From a virus: DNA of 64,000 nucleotides. Positions within the stretch are counted from its first letter, which is position 1. Each line of letters begins with the position of its first letter. Of the stretch, positions 45,985 to 53,867 are shown one piece after another. The notes beneath the pieces are model-generated. The model worked only from the letters and a program-made list of their open reading frames with translations. It had not been told where the DNA came from and made no database searches. The translations under genes were made by a program, and so were the position numbers. The DNA is taken from IMG/VR virus record IMGVR_UViG_3300027815_000006, positions 28,389 through 92,388 of that record; one strand, written 5' to 3'.

Positions 45985-46180
45985 AGGGAGCCCCGTGTTG
46001 CTTCCGCCGATGCGCCTGGAGTTCAGCTTCCACCCCCTTCCACCACTCAGGGAAGGGTGTCCGTAGACTGTCGGGGTGGGCCCAGACCTCCTGATTGATC
46101 TGGACCCGCCCCTCCATGTCCTCGACCCACACCACGAGGCGCCGTGTCTGAAAATCCCAGACGACCTGTAGGATCTTCAT
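45977..46180 (-). CDS. Small hypothetical protein
   Basis: MKILQVVWDF, 67 aa, fills the operon gap. Confidence 0.55.
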   Translation of the reverse strand: MKILQVVWDFQTRRLVVWVEDMEGRVQINQEVWAHPDSLRTPFPEWWKGVEAELQAHRRKQHGAPFV

Positions 46181-46194
46181 GGCGCCCCCAGCCC

Positions 46195-47010
46195 TCAGAA
46201 GGGCGAGTCGTCCTGCGCGCCAGCCGCCGCCCCGGGCTTGGAGGACGAGACGATGCCCCCCTCCTCCGCGTCGGGCCGGTTGCGCCGGAAGAACTGCTTC
46301 ATCACCTTCGGCTCCATGGGCCGCAGGAGGTTCATGTAGTTGAAGGGCAGGATGCCGTACACCGGCTTGCCGTCCTCCCACGAGGGGTTCCAGAGGTGGG
46401 CGAGCACGTCCTTCCCGCGTGGCGACTCCATGGCGTCGCGCCAGTAGGCGGCGAGCTTCTTCCCCCGGAGGGTGGCCCAGGCAAACAGCGCCGCGACCTT
46501 CTCCGGGGGGCACGGCGCGAGGTACTCGAAGGTCTCGCCGCACTGCGCCTCGCTCTTGTCGTCCCTGGACACCCGGAGCTTGGCATAGGCGAAGCCCCCG
46601 TGGGTCGCCTTGATCCGCGCCAGCTTCTTCACGACCGCGGAGGTCGCAGGGAAAAGCTTGAGCTCCCCGCGCCCCTTCGTCTCCCCGCCCCTGGCGATGT
46701 AGCCCGTGGCGTCGATCACCGTGTACAGCCCCGTCCACCGAGGATCCCGCTTGAGCACCCGGCAGCACTCCCCGCCGTCGTCCGGGTAGGCGTCCGCGTT
46801 GCAGGTGAGGTGGTTGTTCCAGTTGTCGTCCCGCTTGAAGTTGTGCTCCCGGATGCCGATGCACTCGTCATCCACGAAGATCACCTCCTTGGAGGCCCCC
46901 ACGGGGAGCCAGAAGCGGTCGGGCTTGAGCCGCCGAAGCGTCTCCACCGCGTCCGCGTCCATGATGGACTCCTCACCCCGCGTGTACCACTGCTGCGCTG
47001 CGTCTGTCAT
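46195..47010 (-). CDS. Single-stranded DNA-binding protein (gp32-like)
   Basis: H/C zinc ligands, aromatic OB-like strands, acidic tail ending DDSPF. Confidence 0.7.
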   Translation of the reverse strand: MTDAAQQWYTRGEESIMDADAVETLRRLKPDRFWLPVGASKEVIFVDDECIGIREHNFKRDDNWNNHLTCNADAYPDDGGECCRVLKRDPRWTGLYTVIDATGYIARGGETKGRGELKLFPATSAVVKKLARIKATHGGFAYAKLRVSRDDKSEAQCGETFEYLAPCPPEKVAALFAWATLRGKKLAAYWRDAMESPRGKDVLAHLWNPSWEDGKPVYGILPFNYMNLLRPMEPKVMKQFFRRNRPDAEEGGIVSSSKPGAAAGAQDDSPF

Positions 47011-47079
47011 ACATCACCTCAAGGCACATCGTGCCTCGCTCCAGACCGGGACCACCCCCGGCATGTGCGCCCTCAGGCG

Positions 47080-47155
47080 CGGAGCTTCGTGCGGGACTCG
47101 AACCCGCGAGAGACTGTGCCGCGACACAACCCCTGCTCCCTGTGAGCGCCGAAGC
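47080..47155 (-). ncRNA. tRNA-like RNA lacking a canonical anticodon loop
   Basis: Acceptor GCTTCG/CGAAGC, D-arm GCTC-ACAGG-GAGC, T-arm GCGGG-TTCGAGT-CCCGC; the anticodon arm is a ~10-bp stem with a 4-nt loop. Confidence 0.65.
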
Positions 47156-47166
47156 CACCCTCCCCG

Positions 47167-47442
47167 CTAGAGTACCCCCTTCTCCGCGAGGAGATAGAGC
47201 GCGTAGGCGATCTTCGCCCGCTGCGCCTTCCTCGCGTCCGTGTAGGCCCCCTTGAGGTCCTTGGCGATCTCCAGTGCCCCCTGGAGCTTCATGTCGCTCT
47301 CCTGCGACTTGTCCGTCTCCACCAAGGCTGTCTCCGCCTCGATCACCACGTCCCGGAGAGACGCCGCCCCCATGGCGTCGGCCTCCTCCGCCCAGCCCGT
47401 CGGAAGCTGCTTCTTCAGCCGCGTGAGCTTCTTGTGCTCCAT
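47167..47442 (-). CDS. Small helical hypothetical protein
   Basis: 91 aa, coiled-coil-like. Confidence 0.65.
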   Translation of the reverse strand: MEHKKLTRLKKQLPTGWAEEADAMGAASLRDVVIEAETALVETDKSQESDMKLQGALEIAKDLKGAYTDARKAQRAKIAYALYLLAEKGVL

Positions 47443-47451
47443 GGCGTCGGC

Positions 47452-47823
47452 TTACGCCCCCACCGACGGATCCACGGGGAGCTCGAAGGCCGCGGGCGCC
47501 GCCCCGTCCCCCTTCTCCATGAGCACGGGCGGAAGCTCCCGCCCCCGGCCCTTGCGGGTGAGCTCCACCCGCTGCACCACCTTCTCCAGCGCATCCTGGC
47601 AGTCCCCGCAGAGGTCATCGAAGGACACCTCCGTGACCCCCTTCTCGTTGCGGAAGATGAGCTTGAGCGCCGGGTCCTTCGACACCTGCGAAGGGACCGC
47701 GCCCGGGTCCAGCGGCTTGTCCTCCGTGACCTTGGCGCAGCGGTCACAGATGCGGGTGATGCGAGCGAGAATCATGGGTACCCCTGGAGCGGTGCGGAGG
47801 GGGTGAAAGTACCCCCGCGCCAC
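47452..47823 (-). CDS. Zinc-binding hypothetical protein
   Basis: CDRC and DLCGDC motifs; start at 47823 or 47775. Confidence 0.6.
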   Translation of the reverse strand: MARGYFHPLRTAPGVPMILARITRICDRCAKVTEDKPLDPGAVPSQVSKDPALKLIFRNEKGVTEVSFDDLCGDCQDALEKVVQRVELTRKGRGRELPPVLMEKGDGAAPAAFELPVDPSVGA

Positions 47824-47825
47824 CC

Positions 47826-49007
47826 TCAGAGTATAGCTAACTCCCGCTGATTGGCAACAGGCTGACGCGCTAGAAAATCCCGCAGAAACACTTCACCCTC
47901 GGGGGCCTCGCGCAGGAGGCGGGCGCGCTCCTCGTCCGGCAGTTCGTCGGGGTCTTTCCCCTCGGGGGTCTGCGCGATGCGCACGGGCATGACCGGACGT
48001 AGCGTCTTGTAGAAGTTATGGGCGATGACCCGCCCGGCATGATCCCCGTCGGGGAAGATGGTGATGGCGGAGAAGAGGCGGCGGAGCTGCCGAAGCTGCC
48101 ACCACGACAGCCAGGAGCCCATGGCGGCCACACAGGGATACCCGGCCTGCGCGACGGCCATGGCGTCGAAGTGCCCCTCGACCAGCACCCCCTCTCCCGA
48201 AGCCCCCGCTGCGTGGTCCTCCCCGAACAGCGCGAAGTCCCGTCGGAAACCCGTGGAGTGCAGGTACTTCGGGGGCTGCCCCCGCTCGCACCGTGGACAA
48301 CGCTTGCGGTCCTTGCCCCCGAGATGGACCGTGAGGTAGGTCACGTTGCACCGCGGACAGAGGAAGTCGTTCGCGCGGCGCCCTGTGATCGCCAGAAGCC
48401 CCCCGTGCTCGTTGCGCACAGGGACGGCAAGACGTTGTGCGCGCGGGTGCCACAGAACCCCGAAGCGGTCCAGAGTCTCGCGGGTGATGTACCGCTTCTT
48501 GAACTGGTGCCACTCCATCACGTCCTCCGGGAGGAACCGGAAGTGCCACAGCTCGCTCTCGGGGAGAGGCGGGGGCTGCACCTGGGGGTCCGTCGCCACC
48601 GGACCGTACGGTCCGGGCTCGGCCTTGAGTCCGAGGCGCTGCGCACGGAGTTCCTGGTAGACGACCTCGGGCTCCTTCGAAAGGCGGTCCAGCCGCGCCT
48701 GAAGCGCCGCGAGCGTCTCCCGGTTGTGCGCCTGGATGAACCGCTGCACTTCCGGATGGCGCGTGTTGCTGTGCCCCTCCACCGCCCAGAGAAGCTCGAA
48801 GAGGGAGCCTCCGATGCCGCAGCCAAAGCACCGGAAGCGGGACTCTCTGTCCGGGTCTATGGAGATCCCGAAGGACGGGTTGAGGTCGTGCCCGCCTTTG
48901 TGCCGCCACCGCGCCAGGGGACAGGTTCCGTTGACGTAGCGATGCCCGCGCTTGAGCTGCCTGGAGCCGAGGGCCCGCAGGACGAAGGACACCTCGTCGG
49001 CGTTCAC
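47826..49007 (-). CDS. DNA primase (CHC2 zinc finger plus TOPRIM)
   Basis: CPL..H..D.NPSF..CFGC, VLVEGHFDAM, FPDGDHAG, KDPDE. Confidence 0.92.
   Translation of the reverse strand: MNADEVSFVLRALGSRQLKRGHRYVNGTCPLARWRHKGGHDLNPSFGISIDPDRESRFRCFGCGIGGSLFELLWAVEGHSNTRHPEVQRFIQAHNRETLAALQARLDRLSKEPEVVYQELRAQRLGLKAEPGPYGPVATDPQVQPPPLPESELWHFRFLPEDVMEWHQFKKRYITRETLDRFGVLWHPRAQRLAVPVRNEHGGLLAITGRRANDFLCPRCNVTYLTVHLGGKDRKRCPRCERGQPPKYLHSTGFRRDFALFGEDHAAGASGEGVLVEGHFDAMAVAQAGYPCVAAMGSWLSWWQLRQLRRLFSAITIFPDGDHAGRVIAHNFYKTLRPVMPVRIAQTPEGKDPDELPDEERARLLREAPEGEVFLRDFLARQPVANQRELAIL
47830..47857 (-). promoter_or_regulatory. Strong sigma70-type promoter
   Basis: TTGCCA-N16-TATACT, 6 nt before GTG 47823. Confidence 0.75.
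48601..48614. repeat. Dispersed palindrome GGACCGTACGGTCC
   Basis: Perfect, in the primase linker. Confidence 0.95.
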
Positions 49008-49041
49008 GGAGGAAGTCTACCCAAAGCTACGGACCGCGGGA

Positions 49042-49368
49042 CTACTTCGTGGTCGCCGTATCCTTCGCTGGAGCCTTCGTGCTCGGCGGGTTGGCCGCGA
49101 GGAGCTTCCCGTAGAGGAGATCGAAGCGGTAGGTCTTCACCACCCGGTCGTGGTTGGCGTGCTTGAGGTTGCGCTCCCGCCCCTTCGGAGTGAGGCGCAC
49201 CTCTTCCAGAGGCCCCGTGAGAGACCCGGGCGTGAGATACCCGTACTTCACCAGCTGCGCCCGCGCGATGTCGATGGCGCTCTGAAGCCGGTGGACGCCC
49301 TTGTGGTCCAGGTCCGCGTCGGACTCGTGGATCGCCAGCGCCATGTGCTTGAGGAGGGCAGGGATCAC
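49042..49368 (-). CDS. Hypothetical protein (possible winged helix)
   Basis: QLVKYGYL...LTPKGRER. Confidence 0.55.
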   Translation of the reverse strand: MIPALLKHMALAIHESDADLDHKGVHRLQSAIDIARAQLVKYGYLTPGSLTGPLEEVRLTPKGRERNLKHANHDRVVKTYRFDLLYGKLLAANPPSTKAPAKDTATTK

Positions 49369-49374
49369 CCTCGA

Positions 49375-49415
49375 AGACTACCGCGGTTGACACTGCCTGA
49401 GCAACGCCGGAGACT
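49375..49415. promoter_or_regulatory. Overlapping divergent leaderless-type promoters
   Basis: Minus strand TTGCTC-N18-TAGTCT 6 nt before GTG 49368; plus strand TTGACA-N17-GAGACT 6 nt before ATG 49422. Confidence 0.6.
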
Positions 49416-49421
49416 GCGGAA

Positions 49422-50444
49422 ATGAACACCTCCTATCCCATGCGCCCTGAACCCCGTCCGGGCTTCTACGTCCAGGTATGGCTCGGCGCCATCCGTGGCT
49501 CCGAACCCCAACGGGAGAAGCAACTCCTGGAATTCACCCGACGGGCGCGCAACATCGGCGTGGACGGCATCATCCTGCACGCCTTCCCCCGTGGACTGGC
49601 GCGGACCTGGGACAAGTGGAGCGCCCTCGTGGCAAGCGAGGGCCTCCCCGCCCTGGCCTCCTGGGGCCTCGATGGGAAGAAGGACGATGACGGCACCCCC
49701 CTCACCGCGAAGGAGAAGGGCGAACTCTGCGGGAGCGTCGCCGCGGAGGAGAACTGCCTCGGGTCGTACCTCGACGCCGAGGGACAGTGGGACACTGACC
49801 AAGGCGAGGATGACGACATGGACGAGCGGGGGGCGGTGGTCTTCGGGCACGCCTTCCGCAAGGAGGCGCCGTTGGCGTGGGTGGGGGACCAATGCTGGTT
49901 CGCCATCGACTCCCACGGAGGGCTACGGCGCAGCGCCTTGCCCCTGGAGGCGGGCAGGGTGTTCCGGGGCTTCCCGGTGGACGAGTTCGCCGCCTCGGTG
50001 GTGAACGGCGACCGGGCGCGGCAGGCGTACTGGGCAAACTTCTTCCGGCAGTGGGGCAAGGACGCCTACGAGCGGATCATCGCCTGGATGGAGCGGGACT
50101 GGGCTCGGATCCGTCCGACGATGCTGGCTGCGGGCCTCGCACGCACCGAGGCCGTGTCCGTCCAGGGCTACGCGCACCCGGACACCGTGGACTTCGTGGA
50201 CTGCCTGCTCGACTGGGGCGTCAACCGCCAGACCCGGGTGGTCATCTGGAGCGAGCCCTTCCCCTCCGAGATGGTCCTCGCCGCCATCGCCATTGCCCAC
50301 CAACTGCGCCATCGGGGCTTCGCCCGCGCCGGGGTGGACCCCAAGACGGCCATCCGGGCCTTCCAGCGGGATGCGGGGATCACCGTGGACGGCTTCGCCT
50401 TCCGACAGGTCGCCCAGGCCCTCGGCATCCCCGTCCCCACCTGA
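49422..50444 (+). CDS. Putative glycoside hydrolase (TIM-barrel) with PG-binding domain
   Basis: YLDAE motif as in GH25-like lysins; C-terminal AIRAFQRDAGITVDG peptidoglycan-binding motif. Confidence 0.6.
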   Translation: MNTSYPMRPEPRPGFYVQVWLGAIRGSEPQREKQLLEFTRRARNIGVDGIILHAFPRGLARTWDKWSALVASEGLPALASWGLDGKKDDDGTPLTAKEKGELCGSVAAEENCLGSYLDAEGQWDTDQGEDDDMDERGAVVFGHAFRKEAPLAWVGDQCWFAIDSHGGLRRSALPLEAGRVFRGFPVDEFAASVVNGDRARQAYWANFFRQWGKDAYERIIAWMERDWARIRPTMLAAGLARTEAVSVQGYAHPDTVDFVDCLLDWGVNRQTRVVIWSEPFPSEMVLAAIAIAHQLRHRGFARAGVDPKTAIRAFQRDAGITVDGFAFRQVAQALGIPVPT

Positions 50445-50446
50445 AC

Positions 50447-51406
50447 TCAGAGCTGGACCGCACGGTCCAGCTCCTCCTCGGACAGCCCCACCCTGCCAGG
50501 GAGGTTGTAGAGCCACTTACCCGGGGGATCGAAACGCAACCGGGAGCCCTGCACGTAGGAAGGCTCCCTCTCGACGGAGAGCCAGTGGCGCTGAAGATCC
50601 TCCGCGATACGCCCCGTGGTGTTGGAGCCCGCGAAGATATCCAGCACGCAGTCCCCGGGCTCCGTCAGGAGCTTCACGAAGAACTCAGGGAGTGCTCCTG
50701 GAAACCGCGCCGGGTGGGGCTTGAGCCCGACGGCTTTGCAGCGCCGGAGATACTCGGAGGTGGCCTCCGAGTGCGAGAGCGTGAGCATGTTGGAGGGGAT
50801 CGAGCCACCGAGATCCTGGGCGAACCCCTCCCCTACCACATGCCCCGAAGGGCTGCGCCGAAGACGTCTCCCCGTGGAGATGAGATCGCGCATGGCTTCG
50901 GAGTATGGCTGGAGTACGCGGCGGGTGTCGGCCTTTGGCCATGGGGTCTTGGAAAACCAGTAGACAAGCTCCGTAGCGTCCTTGAGGCGGAGCCTTCGCA
51001 CGGTGACCCACTCCGCGGGCATGGGGAGCTTCGTCGGGGAGTACCAGAAACACTCCTGCGCGAGGTGCCACCCCCACTCCCTGCACATCCTCAAGGGTAA
51101 CTCCAGGTGTACGAGCGAGCGCGTCGGCGTACCCCGCTGATACGCCCCGCCGATGTTCACCACGAAACTTCCCGTGGACCTGAGCACCCGCTGAACCCCG
51201 CGCGCAAAGGGCTCGAACCACCGGAGGTACTTGCTGGAAGATTCGTTGCCGTACGCCTTCTGCGTGAGAAGCGCGTAGGGAGGGGAAGTGAACACGAGGT
51301 CCACGCTATCCGGAGGGAGCTGAGAGAGGAGCCAGCGCGCGTCCGCGCAGAACGCCCGCCCCCACGCCGTCTCGTAGGCGGCTGGAACCTGGACCGACGG
51401 CAGCAC
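50447..51406 (-). CDS. beta-class DNA methyltransferase (m4C/m6A, PvuII-like)
   Basis: VDLVFTSPPY, HPARFP, VLDIFAGSNTTG. Confidence 0.92.
   Translation of the reverse strand: MLPSVQVPAAYETAWGRAFCADARWLLSQLPPDSVDLVFTSPPYALLTQKAYGNESSSKYLRWFEPFARGVQRVLRSTGSFVVNIGGAYQRGTPTRSLVHLELPLRMCREWGWHLAQECFWYSPTKLPMPAEWVTVRRLRLKDATELVYWFSKTPWPKADTRRVLQPYSEAMRDLISTGRRLRRSPSGHVVGEGFAQDLGGSIPSNMLTLSHSEATSEYLRRCKAVGLKPHPARFPGALPEFFVKLLTEPGDCVLDIFAGSNTTGRIAEDLQRHWLSVEREPSYVQGSRLRFDPPGKWLYNLPGRVGLSEEELDRAVQL
50455..50468. repeat. Palindrome variant GGACCGCACGGTCC
   Basis: One mismatch, extended GAGCT/AGCTC arms, methylase 3' end. Confidence 0.85.
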
Positions 51407-51410
51407 GAGG

Positions 51411-51680
51411 TCAGGCGCTCGGGTCGTTCCGACGATAGCGGCCCTTGCCGTAGACCGAGATCTGCTTGGACTCCACGAGGCGGGAGAGAATCACGGCTAC
51501 GCGCGGGAGCGCCTCGGAGAGGAGCTTCAGCTTCTCCGTGAGGGTCACCACCGTGTAGCCCATCCCCGTGTCGTCCCCGTTCAGGGCTTGAAGGATCTGC
51601 GCCGTAAGCTCGGGCTCAGGGCCTACGACAGCGGCGGGGGGTAGTCTCGGGCGCTTCGTCTTCGAGGGTGTCTTGCTCAT
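51411..51680 (-). CDS. Small winged-helix-like protein
   Basis: MSKTPSK start; YTVVTLTEKL...ILSRLVESKQI. Confidence 0.55.
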   Translation of the reverse strand: MSKTPSKTKRPRLPPAAVVGPEPELTAQILQALNGDDTGMGYTVVTLTEKLKLLSEALPRVAVILSRLVESKQISVYGKGRYRRNDPSA

Positions 51681-51712
51681 GGAAACCTGTTCTTCTGCGT
51701 ATGGAGGAGGAC

Positions 51713-53272
51713 TCAGAAAACCCTGGAGTGCGGAAGCCCGTAGAAGGGGTCGTTCGGGTCCTCGTCTACGGGCTGCGGGCGATAGGGCTTGTGCTCCGTG
51801 GAAGGCTCCGGGAGGGCTGGGTCGTTGAGCACCCCGATCTCCTGCCCCGGAGTATAGGTCACCCCCGCGCCAGGACGCTCGGAAAAGTCCATGCGGTCGA
51901 AGTCCCAGTTCAACTGGATCGCGGGGATGAGCTCCCCCTCCCGGATCTTGAGCGCCTTCAGGGTGAGGCGCCCGTCCGTCACGTCGTCCTCCGTGCGGTA
52001 GAGCGCGAACACCGCGTCCGCGTTCCACCCGGCGCGGTCCGTGAGCCCGATGTTCTCTACCAGCGCTTCCTTGGCGCCCTGCCTGTTGAACTGCGTGGTG
52101 GTGATGACGGGCTTCTGGACGCGCTGCGCCATGGTCTTCAGGAAGTCGAAGACCCGGGCGGCGCTCTCCGTGGCGGTGTTCCCCTGCATCGCCAGAAGGT
52201 AAGCGCCGTCCACGAGGACAAGCTCAGGCTCGTACTGCTCCACCTGGGCCTGGAGGATTTCCGGATTGGCCGAGAAGCCCCCGCCGGAGATGTACAGGTC
52301 GGGGAGGCGCTTGAGCGCGTCCAGCGCAGGGAGTTTGCGGAAGAACACCTCCGCGGCCTCGGGGAGCTGCCCCCGGCGGAAGTCCCCGAAAGGAAAGCGG
52401 CACGCGGAGGCGATCATGCGCCGGGCGATGGCCAGGGCCCCCATCTCCATCGTGGCGAAGAGCACCTTGTGCCCCTTGAGCCACGCATGGATCGCCATGA
52501 CCACCGCCGCCTGCGTCTTCCCGGCCCCCAGCCGGGCCACGAAGGTCACGAGGTCCGCGGGCCACCACCCGAGGGTGGCCTTCGTCACCGTAGGCCACGG
52601 AGACGGAATCCCGCAGAGCCCCGCCTTCACCTTGTCGTAGTGGGTGAGGAGGTCTGGGAGCATCCCCATGAGCGTCGTGACGGAGGCGCTGGCCTCGCGC
52701 CTGCGCGCATCCCGCTGAAGCTGCGAAAGAACCTCCAGCGCCTTGTAGGGATTCTGCGCCTCCAGGTGCCGGAGCACCTGCCGCACACCCTCCGTGATGT
52801 GCTGCGCCATCTCGCGCTTGTAGATCTCGTCCAGGAAGAACTCCGCCGTCCCCTTGGGGGTCTCCGCCTGGAACCGAAAACGCTCTGCGAGGATTGCGAG
52901 CGTCGGGAACGCCCTGTACTCATCCGCGTAGCTGCGCACGAACACGAATATCTCTCGAAGATCGGGCCGAAGCAGCGAGGGATCGAAACCCTTGCGGAGA
53001 ACCGCGTTGAGCGCCGTGGTCCCGCCCTGAAGCACCGCGTGGAGAAAATGCCGCTCCAGATCCGAGGCGGGCTCCGGCTCTGTGAAGCTCGGCGCCTCAG
53101 ACTCCGGGTCCTCCGCCTGCGGCTCTTCCTCTGACTGCTCGAAGGAGAACGGCTCCGCCCCCGCTTCGGGAATGTCTGCGAACGGATCCTCGGAGGAGAG
53201 AGGCGCGGGCGGGGGTGTGTTTGAGGGTGTCACGGTGGCTAGAAGTAGAGCTTCGGGGTCTGCGCGCTCCAC
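51713..53272 (-). CDS. dnaB: Replicative DnaB-like helicase
   Basis: VARLGAGKT, ATMEM, LVLVDGAYL, TTQFNR, WNAD, LKIREG. Confidence 0.92.
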   Translation of the reverse strand: MERADPEALLLATVTPSNTPPPAPLSSEDPFADIPEAGAEPFSFEQSEEEPQAEDPESEAPSFTEPEPASDLERHFLHAVLQGGTTALNAVLRKGFDPSLLRPDLREIFVFVRSYADEYRAFPTLAILAERFRFQAETPKGTAEFFLDEIYKREMAQHITEGVRQVLRHLEAQNPYKALEVLSQLQRDARRREASASVTTLMGMLPDLLTHYDKVKAGLCGIPSPWPTVTKATLGWWPADLVTFVARLGAGKTQAAVVMAIHAWLKGHKVLFATMEMGALAIARRMIASACRFPFGDFRRGQLPEAAEVFFRKLPALDALKRLPDLYISGGGFSANPEILQAQVEQYEPELVLVDGAYLLAMQGNTATESAARVFDFLKTMAQRVQKPVITTTQFNRQGAKEALVENIGLTDRAGWNADAVFALYRTEDDVTDGRLTLKALKIREGELIPAIQLNWDFDRMDFSERPGAGVTYTPGQEIGVLNDPALPEPSTEHKPYRPQPVDEDPNDPFYGLPHSRVF

Positions 53273-53814
53273 GCCGCCACGAAGGAGGGGAGGTTGAGCG
53301 TGGTCATTAGGGTGATGAGAAGATTGGCCTCCCGCTCCCGTACGAGGGCCTCCCAGCGCGCCTCCCCGAAGAACTTGTCAAGACCTTCGGCGTAGCTGTA
53401 GTTGTCGATGAGGAGCGCGGGGACCGTGCGCACCCGGGTCAGGAGGATCGGGAACCGCTCCCGGTCCTTGGAGCCGTCCGTGATCTCCGACGCGGAGAGG
53501 AAAAGCGCAGGGATGAGGTGCGCGCGAAGGTGTTTGAGCACCACCGTGGCGGCGCTTGTCTTGCCCGCGCCCCCGAAGAAAAGCATCCCCGTGCCTCCGG
53601 CACACACGGTGGGAACGTCGTTCATGTAATGCGCCACGCCCCGCCGAACATGAGAGGGTACGAGGTTCAGGTCCGACGCCCAGAAGCGCCGGGGGATCCG
53701 CATGGCGAGGAAGTCCGCGTCCGTGAGCGTCCGCGTCCGAATGTACGCCGTCTTGTCCACCGTATAGCGGTCCAGACAGTCCGCGGGTGTTCTGATTTCC
53801 TCCAGCACCGCCAT
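53239..53814 (-). CDS. DnaC/IstB-like helicase loader ATPase
   Basis: IPRRF, GMLFFGGAGKT, LLIDN, R..N..TLMTT. Confidence 0.75.
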   Translation of the reverse strand: MAVLEEIRTPADCLDRYTVDKTAYIRTRTLTDADFLAMRIPRRFWASDLNLVPSHVRRGVAHYMNDVPTVCAGGTGMLFFGGAGKTSAATVVLKHLRAHLIPALFLSASEITDGSKDRERFPILLTRVRTVPALLIDNYSYAEGLDKFFGEARWEALVREREANLLITLMTTLNLPSFVAAWSAQTPKLYF

Positions 53815-53820
53815 GGTCCT

Positions 53821-53848
53821 AGCCTACGTACCCCTTCCGTGACCGCAA
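53821..53848 (-). promoter_or_regulatory. Leaderless-type promoter
   Basis: TTGCGG-N16-TAGGCT, 6 nt before ATG 53814. Confidence 0.6.
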
Positions 53849-53867
53849 ACAGTCACCGATGCAGCCC

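Noticed and set aside
47080-47155. Canonical tRNA gene
   Set aside because: No 7-nt anticodon loop and the 3' end is CCG, so it is reported as a tRNA-like RNA.
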